A stretch of 64,000 nucleotides of DNA from Cypionkella sp. (GCA_025458525.1 JALOSF010000002.1:1159-65158); one strand, 5' to 3'. Positions 18,402 to 29,359 are shown, counted from the stretch's first letter. Numbers and translations are program-made. Notes: generated from the letters alone by a model not told the origin.

Positions 18402-18418
18402 GTTAAGGAACACTTGCC
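18402..18418 (-). promoter_or_regulatory. CtrA-like binding site
   Basis: GGCAAGTGTTCCTTAAC in the gene sense, ~50 nt upstream of the H-NOX ATG; resembles TTAA-N7-TTAAC. Confidence 0.5.
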
Positions 18419-18462
18419 TCACGCCAGATGACCTTGCGCTTGGCCCCCCGCCGCATACGGTG

Positions 18463-20217
18463 TCACGGCGCGATGATCAGGCCGCCACCTTCGGGCAGGT
18501 TCAGCTGGCGGATCGGGGCCGGCATCACGGCGGGCGGGGCCAGTTGCCAGGCGCGAATCAGGGCCGCAGCCGCCTCATACTGCGGCAGCACCCCGCCTGC
18601 GGGCAGCACCTCGCGCAGGCTGGCGCCGGTGGCTGCGTCATTGCGAAAGCCCATGAATTGCACGAAACCGCCGCTGGTGTATTCGATCACCACCGCTTCC
18701 TCGCCCGGCAGATCGGGCGCAAGATCGGCCACCACCATCACACACCCGGCGCCGCCCCCCGGCATCTGGCGCTTGCAGCTGTCAAGCAACTCGCCCAGCC
18801 GATAGCTGTCGAGCGTTGCGAGATAAAGATCGCGGGTCGCGGCCGCACCCGGCGGTTGCAGCGGCATCACCGCCGCCAGATCCGCCAGAAGGTCTGCCGG
18901 ATCGGCCCCTTCGCGCGCCTGACCGGCTTGCGCCAGAACGCGGGCCAGCGCCTCTTGCCCCGGCTCTGCCGCCCGCGCCTCCAGCAGCGCGCGCGCCTCT
19001 GCCCCGGGCCGACCCCAGCGGTCAAGCAGCGCGACCTCCAGCTGTTCGGGCGCAAGCCGCCCATCCTCCAGCCGCGCCATCAAACTGCCGACCGACAGGC
19101 GCTCGGCGCTGAGGACCGGGGTCATGGCCAGGGCGGCCAGCGCCAAAAGCGCCAGCGCCATCGTCACATTGGCGTCGCGCACCCGCGCCCTCCACCCGGC
19201 CCCGCGCAGCACCGCCAGCGCGTAAAGCAGCCCATAGCCAAGCGCCAGCGCGGCCACTTCGGCGGCGAACACCCGGCTGGGTGTCCAGCCATGATCGGCC
19301 ACCCGCAGCCAGACCGCCCAGGCGCCCAGGCCCGCCAGCACCGGCAGCATCAAGGCCATCGCCTGCGCCAGCCGGACGACACCCGCGCCCTGTGCGGCCT
19401 GGCTGTCGTCCTGATCGACCGCCGTGGTGATCAGCGTCGCCACCGCCCCGGCCATCGCAAGAATGGTCAGCGCAAAGGAAAAACTGCCAAACAGCCCCGA
19501 AATACCCCGCAGCGGCAGCGCGACCAGAAACACAGCCACCACCACCGCCACAACCGGCAACAACAGCCGCAGCAGCCGCAACAGCAGGTAGGGGCTGACG
19601 TAATCGGCCATTTCCTGCACCACCGCCAGCGCAAGGCCCAGCACCCCACCGGTGATCAGCCACGGCATCGGGCCAAGGTTGATCACGCGGTCGATCAGAT
19701 CGAGCCCCACCACCTGCAACAGCGCATCCGACAAAAAGATCACCGCCCAGACCAGCCCGGTAAAGGCAAAGGCCGCGACCATGCGCACCACGATCCCCCA
19801 GCTTTGCGCGAAAAGGACGCCGTAATCGCGCCAGCCCGGCCCCTGCGCCGCAATCCAGAACGGCACGGGCACCAGCGTCAGGATCACGGCCCCCAGAACG
19901 ACATGGGCACTGTCCAGCACATCCTCGGCCCGCACAAAGCCAAGCGAGGCCACCACCAGCAGCGCCATCACCGCCAGCGCGATGCCGCCCGCGCCCAGCG
20001 CCGCGCGGCGCAGCGCGATCGGCCCCGACATCGCCAGAAGGGCCGCGAAGAACGATCCGGCAAAGCCCGCCACCGCAAGCAACGGCCGACCGGCCAGCAC
20101 CTGCGCCGCCGCCAGTTCGGAAATCAGATAGAGCGACAGCCCCGCCACCCCTCCCGCCGCCGCCAAGCCCGCGCGCGCCGTCATCTGCCTGTCCATCGCC
20201 TGTCCCATCCGTTGCAT
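18463..20217 (-). CDS. DUF4153-like polytopic membrane protein
   Basis: About 12 TM helices; [16 protein letters not shown] motif; start may be a few codons later. Confidence 0.75.
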   Translation of the reverse strand: MQRMGQAMDRQMTARAGLAAAGGVAGLSLYLISELAAAQVLAGRPLLAVAGFAGSFFAALLAMSGPIALRRAALGAGGIALAVMALLVVASLGFVRAEDVLDSAHVVLGAVILTLVPVPFWIAAQGPGWRDYGVLFAQSWGIVVRMVAAFAFTGLVWAVIFLSDALLQVVGLDLIDRVINLGPMPWLITGGVLGLALAVVQEMADYVSPYLLLRLLRLLLPVVAVVVAVFLVALPLRGISGLFGSFSFALTILAMAGAVATLITTAVDQDDSQAAQGAGVVRLAQAMALMLPVLAGLGAWAVWLRVADHGWTPSRVFAAEVAALALGYGLLYALAVLRGAGWRARVRDANVTMALALLALAALAMTPVLSAERLSVGSLMARLEDGRLAPEQLEVALLDRWGRPGAEARALLEARAAEPGQEALARVLAQAGQAREGADPADLLADLAAVMPLQPPGAAATRDLYLATLDSYRLGELLDSCKRQMPGGGAGCVMVVADLAPDLPGEEAVVIEYTSGGFVQFMGFRNDAATGASLREVLPAGGVLPQYEAAAALIRAWQLAPPAVMPAPIRQLNLPEGGGLIIAP

Positions 20218-20294
20218 CTGCCCGTCGCGCCGACCCTAGCGCAAAGCGTCACACCAAGGCCAGACCCGCGCAGGGCGTTGCCCCCTCGCCGCGT

Positions 20295-20312
20295 TTGTCA
20301 TGTCTGTGTTAC
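20295..20312 (+). promoter_or_regulatory. Pho box
   Basis: TTGTCAT-N4-GTGTTAC direct repeat with 11-bp period upstream of pstB. Confidence 0.65.
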
Positions 20313-20405
20313 AAAACCGATGCAACAGCGTCATCTGGCTGCGCTACCCAACGACAGGACCGACTCGCCCCGCCATTGCGCGCAGGCTCAGGAAAGACGC
20401 TAGAG

Positions 20406-21203
20406 ATGAAAGACATCCAGATTGAGGAGAGGGTCGTGCAAGCCCACAAGAACAAGATCACGGCGCGTGGCGTGCAGGTTCACTATGGCACCACCCATGC
20501 GCTGAAGGATGTGGATGTCGATATCCTTGACGGCACCGTCACCGCCTTCATCGGCCCCTCGGGCTGCGGCAAATCCACCTTCCTGCGCTGCCTCAACCGG
20601 ATGAACGACACCGTGGCCTCGGCCCGCGTCACCGGGGAAATCCTGCTGGATGGCGAAAACATCTATGACGCCAAGGTGGACCCCGTCCAATTGCGCGCCA
20701 AGGTGGGCATGGTGTTTCAAAAGCCCAATCCCTTTCCCAAGTCGATCTATGACAACGTGGCTTATGGCCCCAAGATTCACGGGCTGAGCAAGAACAAGGC
20801 CGATCTGGACGAGATCGTCGAAAGCTGCCTGCGCAAGGCCGCGCTGTGGAACGAGGTCAAGGATCGTCTGACCGCCCCGGGCACCGGCCTGTCGGGTGGC
20901 CAGCAGCAGCGGTTGTGCATCGCGCGCGCCATCGCCACCTCGCCCGAGGTGCTGTTGATGGACGAACCCTGCTCGGCACTCGACCCGATCGCCACCGCAC
21001 AGGTCGAGGAATTGATCGACGAGTTGCGCAGCCAGTTTTCCGTGGTGATCGTCACCCATTCGATGCAACAGGCCGCCCGCGTCAGCCAGCGCACCGCCTT
21101 TTTCCACCTTGGCCATCTGGTCGAATATGGCGAAACCGCACAGGTTTTCACCTCGCCCAAAGACCCGCGCACCGAAAGCTACATCACCGGCCGGATCGGA
21201 TAA
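20406..21203 (+). CDS. pstB: Phosphate ABC transporter ATP-binding protein
   Basis: [48 protein letters not shown]. Confidence 0.97.
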   Translation: MKDIQIEERVVQAHKNKITARGVQVHYGTTHALKDVDVDILDGTVTAFIGPSGCGKSTFLRCLNRMNDTVASARVTGEILLDGENIYDAKVDPVQLRAKVGMVFQKPNPFPKSIYDNVAYGPKIHGLSKNKADLDEIVESCLRKAALWNEVKDRLTAPGTGLSGGQQQRLCIARAIATSPEVLLMDEPCSALDPIATAQVEELIDELRSQFSVVIVTHSMQQAARVSQRTAFFHLGHLVEYGETAQVFTSPKDPRTESYITGRIG

Positions 21204-21208
21204 GGAAC

Positions 21209-21931
21209 ATGACCATGGAACCACATATCCGCTCTGCCTTTGACCGCGATCTGGAAGGCGTTCAGGCGCTTGTGATGAAGATGGGCGGGCTGGTCGAACA
21301 CGCCCTGTTGCAAGCGGCGCAGGCGCTTGAAACCCGCGACGAGGCGCTGGCCAGCGAAGTGCGCGCCGGCGACCGCGCGATCGACGAGTTGGAAGACCTT
21401 ATTCACACCGAATGCGCCCGCATCATCGCCCTGCGCGCGCCCACCGCCTCTGATCTGCGCACCGTGCTTACGATCATGCGCATCGTGGGCTCGCTGGAAC
21501 GGTCGGGCGATTATGCCAAGAACCTGGCCAAGCGGTCACTGGTGCTGGCACAGATGCGGCCCGTCAACGGCTCTGCCGGATCGATTTCGCGCATGGCGCG
21601 CTCGGTCGTCGGCCTTTTGCGCGACGCACTCGATGCCTATGTCGCGCGCGACGCCAAACTGGCCGAGGATGTGCGCCGCCGCGACGCCGAGGTGGACCAG
21701 ATGTATAACTCGGTGTTCCGCGAATTCCTGACCCATATGATGGAAGACCCGCGCAACATCACCGCCTGCATGCATCTGCATTTCATCGCCAAGAATATCG
21801 AACGTGTCGGCGATCACGCGACCGGCATCGCCGAGCAGGTGATGTATCTGGTGAATGGCGTGATGCCCGAGGACGACCGCCCGAAAAGCGATCTGCCCGC
21901 AGCCGTCCTTCCGGCGTCGCGCAACGGCTGA
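21209..21931 (+). CDS. phoU: Phosphate signalling protein PhoU
   Basis: IIALRAPTASDLR, LERSGDYAKN, KNIERVGDHATGIAE. Confidence 0.96.
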   Translation: MTMEPHIRSAFDRDLEGVQALVMKMGGLVEHALLQAAQALETRDEALASEVRAGDRAIDELEDLIHTECARIIALRAPTASDLRTVLTIMRIVGSLERSGDYAKNLAKRSLVLAQMRPVNGSAGSISRMARSVVGLLRDALDAYVARDAKLAEDVRRRDAEVDQMYNSVFREFLTHMMEDPRNITACMHLHFIAKNIERVGDHATGIAEQVMYLVNGVMPEDDRPKSDLPAAVLPASRNG

Positions 21932-21939
21932 GGCAGCGG

Positions 21940-22632
21940 ATGTCCCATACCTCGCAGCCCGTTGTTCTTCTGGTCGAAGATGAACCCGCCCAGCGCGAAG
22001 TCCTGGCCTATAATCTTGAGGCCGAAGGCTTTCGCGTGGTGCAGGCCGGCAATGGCGAAGACGCGCTTCTGCTGGTCGATGAAGACACGCCCGACATCAT
22101 CATCCTTGACTGGATGATGCCGGAATTGTCGGGCATCGAAGTGTGCCGCAGGCTCAAGATGCGGCCCGAAACCCGCGCCATCCCGATCATCATGCTGTCG
22201 GCCCGCGCCGAGGAGGTGGACCGCATCCGCGGTCTGGAAACCGGGGCCGACGACTATGTGATCAAGCCCTATTCGGTGCTGGAACTCATGGCCCGCGCGC
22301 GGGTGCAGTTGCGCCGCGTGCGCCCTTCCACCATCGGCATGGTGCTGGAATGGGATGACATCCGGCTTGATCCTGAAACCCACCGTGTCTATCGCGGCAA
22401 TCAGGTGCTCAAACTCGGCCCGACCGAATTTCGCCTGCTGTCCACCTTCATGGAAAAGCCGGGCCGGGTCTGGAGCCGCGAGCAACTGCTCGACCGGGTC
22501 TGGGGGCGCGACATCTATGTGGACAGCCGCACGGTCGATGTCCACATCGGCCGCTTGCGCAAAAGCCTGATGCAGGGCGGCGGCGATGACCCGCTGCGCA
22601 CGGTGCGCGGCGCGGGCTATGCCTTGGGCTAA
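21940..22632 (+). CDS. phoB: Phosphate regulon response regulator PhoB
   Basis: LDWMMP, GADDYVIKP, GPTEFRLL, RTVDVHIGRLRK. Confidence 0.96.
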   Translation: MSHTSQPVVLLVEDEPAQREVLAYNLEAEGFRVVQAGNGEDALLLVDEDTPDIIILDWMMPELSGIEVCRRLKMRPETRAIPIIMLSARAEEVDRIRGLETGADDYVIKPYSVLELMARARVQLRRVRPSTIGMVLEWDDIRLDPETHRVYRGNQVLKLGPTEFRLLSTFMEKPGRVWSREQLLDRVWGRDIYVDSRTVDVHIGRLRKSLMQGGGDDPLRTVRGAGYALG

Positions 22633-22694
22633 GGCCCGGGCGTGATCTGAGGCGCGCAGTTAGTCCCGCCGCAAGGCGCAGCCGGCGTGCCGCC

Positions 22695-23660
22695 TCAGAG
22701 CCAGCCCTTTTTCTTGAAGTAAAGATAGGGCAGCACCGCCGACAGGACCATCGCGCCCAGCGCGACCGGATAGCCATAGGGCCAGGCCAGTTCCGGCATC
22801 GCCTCGAAGTTCATGCCATAGATCGACGCGATCAACGTGGGCGGCAGAAAGACCACCGAGGCCACCGAAAAGATCTTGATGATCCCGTTCTGCTCGATCC
22901 CGATCAGACCGAGCGTCGCATCCATCAGGAAGGTGATCTTCTGCGACAGAAAGGCCGAGTGATCTTCCAGCCCGCGCACATCGCTGGTCAGATCCTTCAA
23001 CCGCGCCCGCAGATCGCGCGTTGCCGCATCGTCGCGCAGCCGCTGCCCCCAGAACACCGACAGGCGGTTGATCGACCCCAGACTGTCGCGCAGCGCCGAC
23101 AGCAGATCGCCCTTTCGCCCGATCTCCTCCAGCACCGATCGCCAGCCCGTCCCCTTGCGCGCCTTTGCCCCGTCCTTGGCAAATATCCCGCGCGACAGGC
23201 CCTCCACATCCCGGCTGACCCGCTCCAGCACATCGGCCAGCCTGTCCACCATGACCTCGAGCAAGGACAGGGTAAGGTCGTCCGCCCCCGTGCAATCGAG
23301 GCTGCCCTTGGCGCCGCGCTGAAGGAACATGTCAAAGGCCTTTGGCTCGTGATACCGGATCGTCACCAATTGCCGCGCCGTCAACACCAGCGTGACCGGC
23401 GCCACCACCGGCGCATCGCTTTCGGTCTGGGCGGGCAAGGTGACGGTCATGAACAGGGCACCCGGCTCGGCGTAAAGCCGCGACGATTGCTCGATCTCCT
23501 CCATTTCCTCACGGGTGGGCAGGTCAAGCCCCAGCGCCGCTTCCAGCGCGCTTTCCTCCTCGCGCGTCGGCGCCCGCAGGTCGATCCACAGCGCCGCCTC
23601 GGGCGCGCCTGCACCAAGGGCGACAAGCCGCCCGTCCCTTGCTCCATAAGCGTCGATCAT
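22695..23660 (-). CDS. corA: CorA family Mg2+/Co2+ transporter
   Basis: EIEQSSRLY, PPTLIASIYGMNF, two C-terminal TMs. Confidence 0.92.
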   Translation of the reverse strand: MIDAYGARDGRLVALGAGAPEAALWIDLRAPTREEESALEAALGLDLPTREEMEEIEQSSRLYAEPGALFMTVTLPAQTESDAPVVAPVTLVLTARQLVTIRYHEPKAFDMFLQRGAKGSLDCTGADDLTLSLLEVMVDRLADVLERVSRDVEGLSRGIFAKDGAKARKGTGWRSVLEEIGRKGDLLSALRDSLGSINRLSVFWGQRLRDDAATRDLRARLKDLTSDVRGLEDHSAFLSQKITFLMDATLGLIGIEQNGIIKIFSVASVVFLPPTLIASIYGMNFEAMPELAWPYGYPVALGAMVLSAVLPYLYFKKKGWL

Positions 23661-23770
23661 GCCCGCACCCTTTTTGTGTGCCCCATCGCTAGCATGACCG
23701 CCCCAACGGGGCCAGAGCCGCAACAGGGGACTTGCAAGCCCCGCCAAGCTGTTATACTTCGCATGCCGAC

Positions 23771-23844
23771 GGCGGGTGGGCAGGCAGGCTATGCACCGGA
23801 TTGCAAATCCGTGAAGATCGGTTCGATTCCGATACCCGCCTCCA
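23771..23844 (+). tRNA. tRNA-Cys(GCA)
   Basis: Acceptor stem GGCGGGT/ACCCGCC, anticodon loop TTGCAAA, T-arm ATCGG-TTCGATT-CCGAT, U73 discriminator, encoded CCA. Confidence 0.92.
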
Positions 23845-23876
23845 ACGATTTCAATAGCTTGCAGTGACATCTGAAG

Positions 23877-24321
23877 CTACCAGGCTGAAATTTCAAACAA
23901 GCGTTGAAACTTTCCTGTGCCGAACTTGGTCTGTTCTGCGCGATTCCGACGCTGTTGAGCCGTGGTCGCAAGCTCGCGCTGACGCACCATTCCGCCATAG
24001 TTTTTGGCCATCTCAACGCCTGAATGACCAGTGACCGCCGTCACCATGTCATCGTCACATCCTGACCGATGAAATTCGATAGTCGCGTTCTTTCCAAGGC
24101 CCTGAGTGACGAAGGTCTTGGCTTCTGGATGCCTCATCCCTTCCTTCACCGCCCTCATCTCCTTTGTTACCGCAGGGTAATGCGCCGGCTTACCCTGAGC
24201 GCCGCAAACAACCGTCAAGCCCTGCCTTGAAACTGCCGCGCGGTATTCTCGGCGTCGGTCAGTCAAGGCGCTCCACAGCGGCTGATCAGTTTTGCCCGGA
24301 GTAAAGTCGAACGCGCCTTCA
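23877..24321 (-). pseudogene. Tyrosine recombinase/integrase C-terminal remnant
   Basis: KT..PLW, QGLGKNA (degenerate HGLRK), VTGHS..M..NY; N-terminal two-thirds missing; abuts the tRNA 3' end. Confidence 0.75.
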
Positions 24322-24332
24322 GAGAAATGACA

Positions 24333-24722
24333 TCAATTGCCGCGCGAAGCCTCTCGCCGCAGCCGTGATCGCACGCGTGCCAGGGCATCGGCAGACAGGG
24401 GTGTTTCGGGGAATGTGGGGTCGATCTTGCGCAGCTGCGCAAGCAGGATCGCCGTCATTTCCTCTTCGGCGTGACAGATCCAAGGTGCGGGAAGCACCAC
24501 AGATTTCAGGCGACGCATGCGCGGGGTGTCGGCGCCCCAGACCGCAAACCACTTTGGGCCTGCCGATCGCACCCTGCCGCCGCCCTGTATCCAGTGATCC
24601 AGATACATGACAGATCCGGCAGGCCAGATGGCTTGCGGGCGCATGGGGGAGGTTGTGATGCGGAACAGGACATCCCCCATGGCTGTGCTGGGCACGATGC
24701 GCACAGCGCCTTGACCCGTCAT
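24333..24722 (-). CDS. Hypothetical protein coupled to cysA
   Basis: ATGA overlap with the cysA stop; 129 aa. Confidence 0.55.
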   Translation of the reverse strand: MTGQGAVRIVPSTAMGDVLFRITTSPMRPQAIWPAGSVMYLDHWIQGGGRVRSAGPKWFAVWGADTPRMRRLKSVVLPAPWICHAEEEMTAILLAQLRKIDPTFPETPLSADALARVRSRLRREASRGN

Positions 24723-25438
24723 GCGCTGATGAATTCACGCACAAACGGCGTGGCAGGACGGGCGCGGATGTCCTGCGGTTTTCCGATCTGCTCGATCCGC
24801 CCCATCGACATCACCACCACCAGATCGGCAAGTTCCATCGCCTCTTCCTGATCATGGGTCACAAAGACCGTGGTCAGGCCCGTGGTGTCGTGGATATCGC
24901 GCAGGCCCTGACGCAGTTCCTTGCGGACCTTGGCATCCAGCGCGCCGAAGGGTTCATCGAGGAGGAGCATCCGCGGTTCAATCGCCAGCGCGCGGGCAAG
25001 CGCCACGCGCTGCCGCTGTCCGCCAGACAGCTGGCTGGGATAGCGCGCCCCGATGTCAGGCAGCTGGATCAGCTCCAGCAATTTGGTCACACGCCGGGCG
25101 ATTTCGGCCTTGGTCGGGCGGCTGGCGCGCGGGCGGGCGTTGAGGCCATAGGCGATGTTGTCAAACACCGTCATATGGCGGAACAGCGCATAGCTTTGGA
25201 ACACAAATCCCGCGCGGCGATCCTGCACCGACAGGCCCGTGGCATCCTGCCCGTCGAACATCACGCGCCCCGAGGTGGGGAACTCAAGGCCGCCAAGGAT
25301 GCGCAACAGCGTGGTCTTGCCCGACCCCGAAGGGCCAAGCAGCGCCACCAGCGCGCCCGAGGGCAGCGACAGCGAGACCGGGTGCAGCGCCGCCGTGGTG
25401 CCGAAGGATTTGGAGATTTCGTCGATTTCGATATGCAT
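24719..25438 (-). CDS. cysA: Sulfate ABC transporter ATP-binding protein (short form)
   Basis: [47 protein letters not shown]. Confidence 0.93.
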   Translation of the reverse strand: MHIEIDEISKSFGTTAALHPVSLSLPSGALVALLGPSGSGKTTLLRILGGLEFPTSGRVMFDGQDATGLSVQDRRAGFVFQSYALFRHMTVFDNIAYGLNARPRASRPTKAEIARRVTKLLELIQLPDIGARYPSQLSGGQRQRVALARALAIEPRMLLLDEPFGALDAKVRKELRQGLRDIHDTTGLTTVFVTHDQEEAMELADLVVVMSMGRIEQIGKPQDIRARPATPFVREFISA

Positions 25439-25481
25439 GGGCTGTCTCTCAAAGGTTGTGCGCGCCTGCGCGCGCGGGCTC

Positions 25482-26360
25482 CTAATGGCGGTGCGTTGCG
25501 GCAAGCTGGTCGGCATGACGGATTTCCAGAGCGGTTTTCAGCAAAAGCGTGACAAGGGCGAGCAGCGCCAGAACGGCGGCAAGGCTGAAGGCCGCGACCG
25601 AGAGATATTCCTGATAGAGCATCTCGATCGTGGTCGGCATGGTGGCGGTCTGGCCGCGGATCTTGCCCGAGACCACGGCCACCGCCCCGAATTCGCCCAT
25701 CGCGCGGGCGTTGCAGAGGAGGACGCCGTAGAGGAGTGCCCAGCGGATATTGGGGATTGTCACGGTCCAGAAGGTGCGCCAGCCGGAAGCGCCAAGGGTC
25801 AGCGCTGCCTCTTCCTCGGCCCGGCCCTGTTCGATCATCACCGGGATCAGTTCGCGCGCGACGAAAGGGAAGGTCACGAACATGGTGGCCAGGATGATGC
25901 CTGGCATCGCGAAGACGATCGGGTAGCCATTGGCCACGAGCCAGCCGCCGACAAAGGAGTTGGTGCCGAACATCAGCACGATGCACAGGCCCGCGACGAC
26001 CGGCGAGACCGAGAACGGCAGGTCGATCAGCGTGATCAGGAACGCCTTCCCGCGGAAGTCGAACTTGGTGATGAACCACGCCGCCGCCACGCCGAAGATG
26101 GCGTTCAAGGGCACCGAGATGGCGGCGATGGTCAGCGTCAGCTTGATCGCCTCTTGCGCGTCGCGCGTCGCAAGGCTTGCCAGCGAGGCCGCCACGCCCT
26201 GCGCCAAGGCCTCGACAAAGACGGCGATCAGCGGGGCAAAGACCAGAATGCCAAGCCCCAGCACGGCCGCCGCGATCATCGCCCAGCGGGCGAGCGGGGA
26301 TTCTTCGGTGGTCGCGCGGAAGCGGGCCGGCGCGCCCTTGGTCACGGTGATATCAGACAT
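25482..26360 (-). CDS. cysW: Sulfate ABC permease CysW
   Basis: [35 protein letters not shown]. Confidence 0.94.
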   Translation of the reverse strand: MSDITVTKGAPARFRATTEESPLARWAMIAAAVLGLGILVFAPLIAVFVEALAQGVAASLASLATRDAQEAIKLTLTIAAISVPLNAIFGVAAAWFITKFDFRGKAFLITLIDLPFSVSPVVAGLCIVLMFGTNSFVGGWLVANGYPIVFAMPGIILATMFVTFPFVARELIPVMIEQGRAEEEAALTLGASGWRTFWTVTIPNIRWALLYGVLLCNARAMGEFGAVAVVSGKIRGQTATMPTTIEMLYQEYLSVAAFSLAAVLALLALVTLLLKTALEIRHADQLAATHRH

Positions 26361-27192
26361 AGCCAATCCTCCGGCGGCTCCAGACCTGGATGAGGTTGAT
26401 GACCAGCAGCATCGCAAAGCTGATCAGCAGCATGGCGATGCCGATGGCGGCGGCGGCGTCATAGTTGAACTCTTCGAGCTGGATGATGATCAGCAGCGGC
26501 GCGATTTCCGTCACAAGCGGGATGTTCCCGGCGATAAAGATCACCGACCCGTATTCCCCCACCGCCCGGGCCAGCGCCAGCGCAAAGCCCGTCAGCGCGG
26601 CGGGCGTCAGCATCGGCAGAATGACATGGCGGATCGTGTGGAAGCGGCTTGCGCCAAGGGTGGCAGAGGCCTCTTCTACCTCACGCTCGATTTCCTCGAC
26701 CACCGGCTGCACGGTGCGGGTGACAAAGGGCAGGCCGACAAAGACCAGCGCGATGAAGATGCCCCATTGAGTATAAGCGATCTTCCAGCCGATCTCCCCG
26801 GCGAGCTGCCCGAAGAAGCCGTTCGGCGCGTAAAGCGCGGTCAGCGAGATGCCCGCCACCGCCGTTGGCAGCGCGAAGGGCAGGTCTACCGCCGCGTCAA
26901 GGATACGGCGGCCCGGGAAGCGGTAACGCACCAGCACCCAAGCCAGCAGCACACCAAAGACCAGATTGAACAGCGCCGCAAACAGCGACAGCCGGAACGA
27001 CAGGAACAGCGCCGCCCAGACACGCTCGCGGTTCACCGTTTCCCAGATCCCCGCCAAACCGTAATTGGCGCCCTTCAAAAGAAGGGCGCCGATGGGCAGA
27101 AGGACGACAAGGGAAAGCATTGTCAGGGTGATCCCCATGCTCAGGCCAAGGCCCGGCATCGGGGATCGGTGGATCAGAGGTCTGCCCATCAT
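26353..27192 (-). CDS. cysT: Sulfate ABC permease CysT (CysU)
   Basis: DLPFALPTAVAG, PFVTRTVQPV, ARAVGEYGSVIFIAGN. Confidence 0.94.
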   Translation of the reverse strand: MMGRPLIHRSPMPGLGLSMGITLTMLSLVVLLPIGALLLKGANYGLAGIWETVNRERVWAALFLSFRLSLFAALFNLVFGVLLAWVLVRYRFPGRRILDAAVDLPFALPTAVAGISLTALYAPNGFFGQLAGEIGWKIAYTQWGIFIALVFVGLPFVTRTVQPVVEEIEREVEEASATLGASRFHTIRHVILPMLTPAALTGFALALARAVGEYGSVIFIAGNIPLVTEIAPLLIIIQLEEFNYDAAAAIGIAMLLISFAMLLVINLIQVWSRRRIGYV

Positions 27193-27198
27193 CTTTCC

Positions 27199-28317
27199 TT
27201 ATTTCGGCACGTAAATCTGGTCGAAGATGCCGCCATCGGCGAAGTGGTCGGCCTGCACCTTGGCCCAGCCGCCAAAGCTGGCAATGTCGACGAGTTCCAG
27301 CTGCGGGAAGCGGGCCACATCTTCGGGATTGGCGGCAGAGGCATCCCAGGCGCGGTAGAAGTGCTTGAAGGCAAGCGCCTGACCTTCGGGCGTGTAGAGG
27401 AAGTTCAGGTAGGCCTCGGCCAGCTTGCGCTGCTCCTCCGACTTGATGTTGCCTTCCACCAGCGCAACTGGCGGTTCGGCAAGCACCGAGATCGACGGCA
27501 CCACGATGTCAAACTGATCTTCGCCAAGCTCCTTCAGCGCGAGATAAGCCTCATTCTCCCACGCCAAGAGCACATCGCCGATGCCGCGCTGTGCGAAGGT
27601 GGTGGTCGATCCACGCGCGCCGCTGTCTAGCACCGGCACGTTCTTGTAAAGCTGGCCGACAAAGGCCTTCGGGTCCTGCCCGTTCTTTTCCGCCCAAGCC
27701 CAGGCCGCAAGGTAATTCCACCGCGCCCCGCCAGAGGTTTTGGGGTTCGGCGTGATCACCTCCACCCCTTCCTTCACCAGATCGCCCCAATCGGCGATGC
27801 CTTCGGGGTTCCCTTCGCGCACCAGGAATACGATCGTGCTGGTATAGGGCGAGGAGTTGTTGGGGAGTTTCGACTGCCAGTCCGCCGGCAGCTTGCCTGC
27901 TGCTGCAACGCGGTCGATATCGCCCGCCAGTGCCAGCGTCAGAACCTGCGCTTCCAGCCCGTCAATCACCGCGCGGGCCTGGCTCCCCGATCCACCATGG
28001 CTCACCTCGATGGTGGGCGCCGCGTTGCCCTGCCCCACCCACCACGCGGTGAAGGCTTCGTTGAACTCGCGATAGAGTTCGCGCGTCGGGTCGTAGCTTA
28101 CGTTCAGCAAGGTTTCCGCCTGCACCGGCGCAGGCGCCGCGCCAAGCGACACCAGCGCCAGCGCAATGGCCGAGACCCCCGCCTTGACAAAGCGCGGCAC
28201 CGGCCAGCCCGTCACACGTTCGCGCCCGGTTTCAATCGTCACCCGGCCGTCGCTCAGTTCAGCAACCTTGAGGCCCTGCGCCGTCACCTGGCCGGCGATC
28301 TTGATGGTGGTCAGCAT
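27199..28317 (-). CDS. sbp: Sulfate-binding periplasmic protein with N-terminal extension
   Basis: [36 protein letters not shown]; GGAGA RBS before MLTT; true start uncertain. Confidence 0.92.
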   Translation of the reverse strand: MLTTIKIAGQVTAQGLKVAELSDGRVTIETGRERVTGWPVPRFVKAGVSAIALALVSLGAAPAPVQAETLLNVSYDPTRELYREFNEAFTAWWVGQGNAAPTIEVSHGGSGSQARAVIDGLEAQVLTLALAGDIDRVAAAGKLPADWQSKLPNNSSPYTSTIVFLVREGNPEGIADWGDLVKEGVEVITPNPKTSGGARWNYLAAWAWAEKNGQDPKAFVGQLYKNVPVLDSGARGSTTTFAQRGIGDVLLAWENEAYLALKELGEDQFDIVVPSISVLAEPPVALVEGNIKSEEQRKLAEAYLNFLYTPEGQALAFKHFYRAWDASAANPEDVARFPQLELVDIASFGGWAKVQADHFADGGIFDQIYVPK

Positions 28318-28433
28318 GGAAGTCTCCGATGATGTCTGTGATGTTTGAACGTCCAAAGCCTTCGGGCCGGACAAAAAGCGGGGAAGAACCGGGACAAGAC
28401 CCAGAATGCTGGAGGGGTGACCAAACGCGTTCA

Positions 28434-28688
28434 TCACCGCACCTCCGTCTCGATCGGCTCGATGCGAGCCTCCCAGACCAATGGGTCGCGGCCCTGCATC
28501 AGTTCGGCAGCGGCCTCGTTCGGGCGGCGGCTGTAAAGTGTCAGCGGCGTTCCGTTGATGCGATGCGCAGCCCCGGTGCGGCGGTCGATCAGCCGAACGA
28601 GACAGGCCCGTGCAGAGCCTTGCATCATCGGCATGGACCCGGCCCAAGTGGCGGCGGGGTGGAATGCGGCAAAGGCAGTCATCTGCAA
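28434..28688 (-). CDS. Small hypothetical protein heading the sbp operon
   Basis: GAGGAG RBS, TTG start (ATG two codons later), 84 aa; immediately downstream of the Rrf2-type boxes. Confidence 0.65.
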   Translation of the reverse strand: MQMTAFAAFHPAATWAGSMPMMQGSARACLVRLIDRRTGAAHRINGTPLTLYSRRPNEAAAELMQGRDPLVWEARIEPIETEVR

Positions 28689-28740
28689 ACTCCTCGTAAT
28701 CGGTTTCGGGATCGGGGCAGATCACCGCTCCCGATGCCTT

Positions 28741-28801
28741 AATAACGACAGGACTGGTCGAGTATTGCAACAGAATATTCACGCCAAAGTTGGTCGTGTA
28801 T
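28741..28801 (-). promoter_or_regulatory. Two Rrf2/IscR-type operator boxes upstream of the sulfate operon
   Basis: ATACTCGACCAGTCCTGTCGTTATT (28741-28765) and ATACACGACCAACTTTGGCGTGAAT (28777-28801), minus strand. Confidence 0.6.
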
Positions 28802-28885
28802 ATAGAAGAATATTCTCCGGCACCGCCCGCATGGCGCCGCGCATGCAGAGGATTAATATAAATATATCAGCAGCTTGGCGCGAGA

Positions 28886-29359
28886 TCAGGCGCCGATGAC
28901 CTGATCGGTCACAGCAGAAGACCGCAGCATGTCTTCCAGCGTCAGCGAGTCGATGATCAACAGATACGACCAGAACACCTCGGCAAAGATCTTGCGGATC
29001 CGGCAGCTCGCCTCATCCACGCAATCCTCGCAGCGCTGATAGGCGCGGCGCGACAGGCAGGGCAGCGGCGCAATCGGCCCGTCAATCGTGCGCAGAAGTT
29101 CCGAGATCGAGATATCGGTCGGCTTCTTGATCAGCACATAGCCCCCCGACCGCCCCCGGATCGACGCGATCACCCCGGCGTTACGCACCTCTAGCAGGAT
29201 ATGCTCAAGGAACCGCTTGGGCGTGCCAGAGCGTTTGGCAATCACTTCAATCGTCAGCGATTGCGGCGCGGCCTGCCCCGCCTCATCCGCCAACACCAGA
29301 AGCGCCTTGAGCGCATATTTCATCTTCTGCGTGATCATGCCTGACGCTAGCAAGCCCAA
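28886..29359 (-). CDS. Rrf2 family transcriptional regulator
   Basis: KYALKALL, KRFLEHIL, RGRSGGYVL, DGPIAPLPC...C..C....C; the start may be the ATG of MITQK. Confidence 0.92.
   Translation of the reverse strand: MGLLASGMITQKMKYALKALLVLADEAGQAAPQSLTIEVIAKRSGTPKRFLEHILLEVRNAGVIASIRGRSGGYVLIKKPTDISISELLRTIDGPIAPLPCLSRRAYQRCEDCVDEASCRIRKIFAEVFWSYLLIIDSLTLEDMLRSSAVTDQVIGA

Noticed and set aside
16876-20403. 1175-aa plus-strand ORF
   Set aside because: Antisense shadow of the DGC, H-NOX and DUF4153 genes; Arg/Gln/His-rich with no motifs, typical of high-GC DNA
27199-28782. 527-aa version of sbp
   Set aside because: The extension overlaps the 84-aa ORF in another frame and the operator boxes; RBS evidence favours a later start
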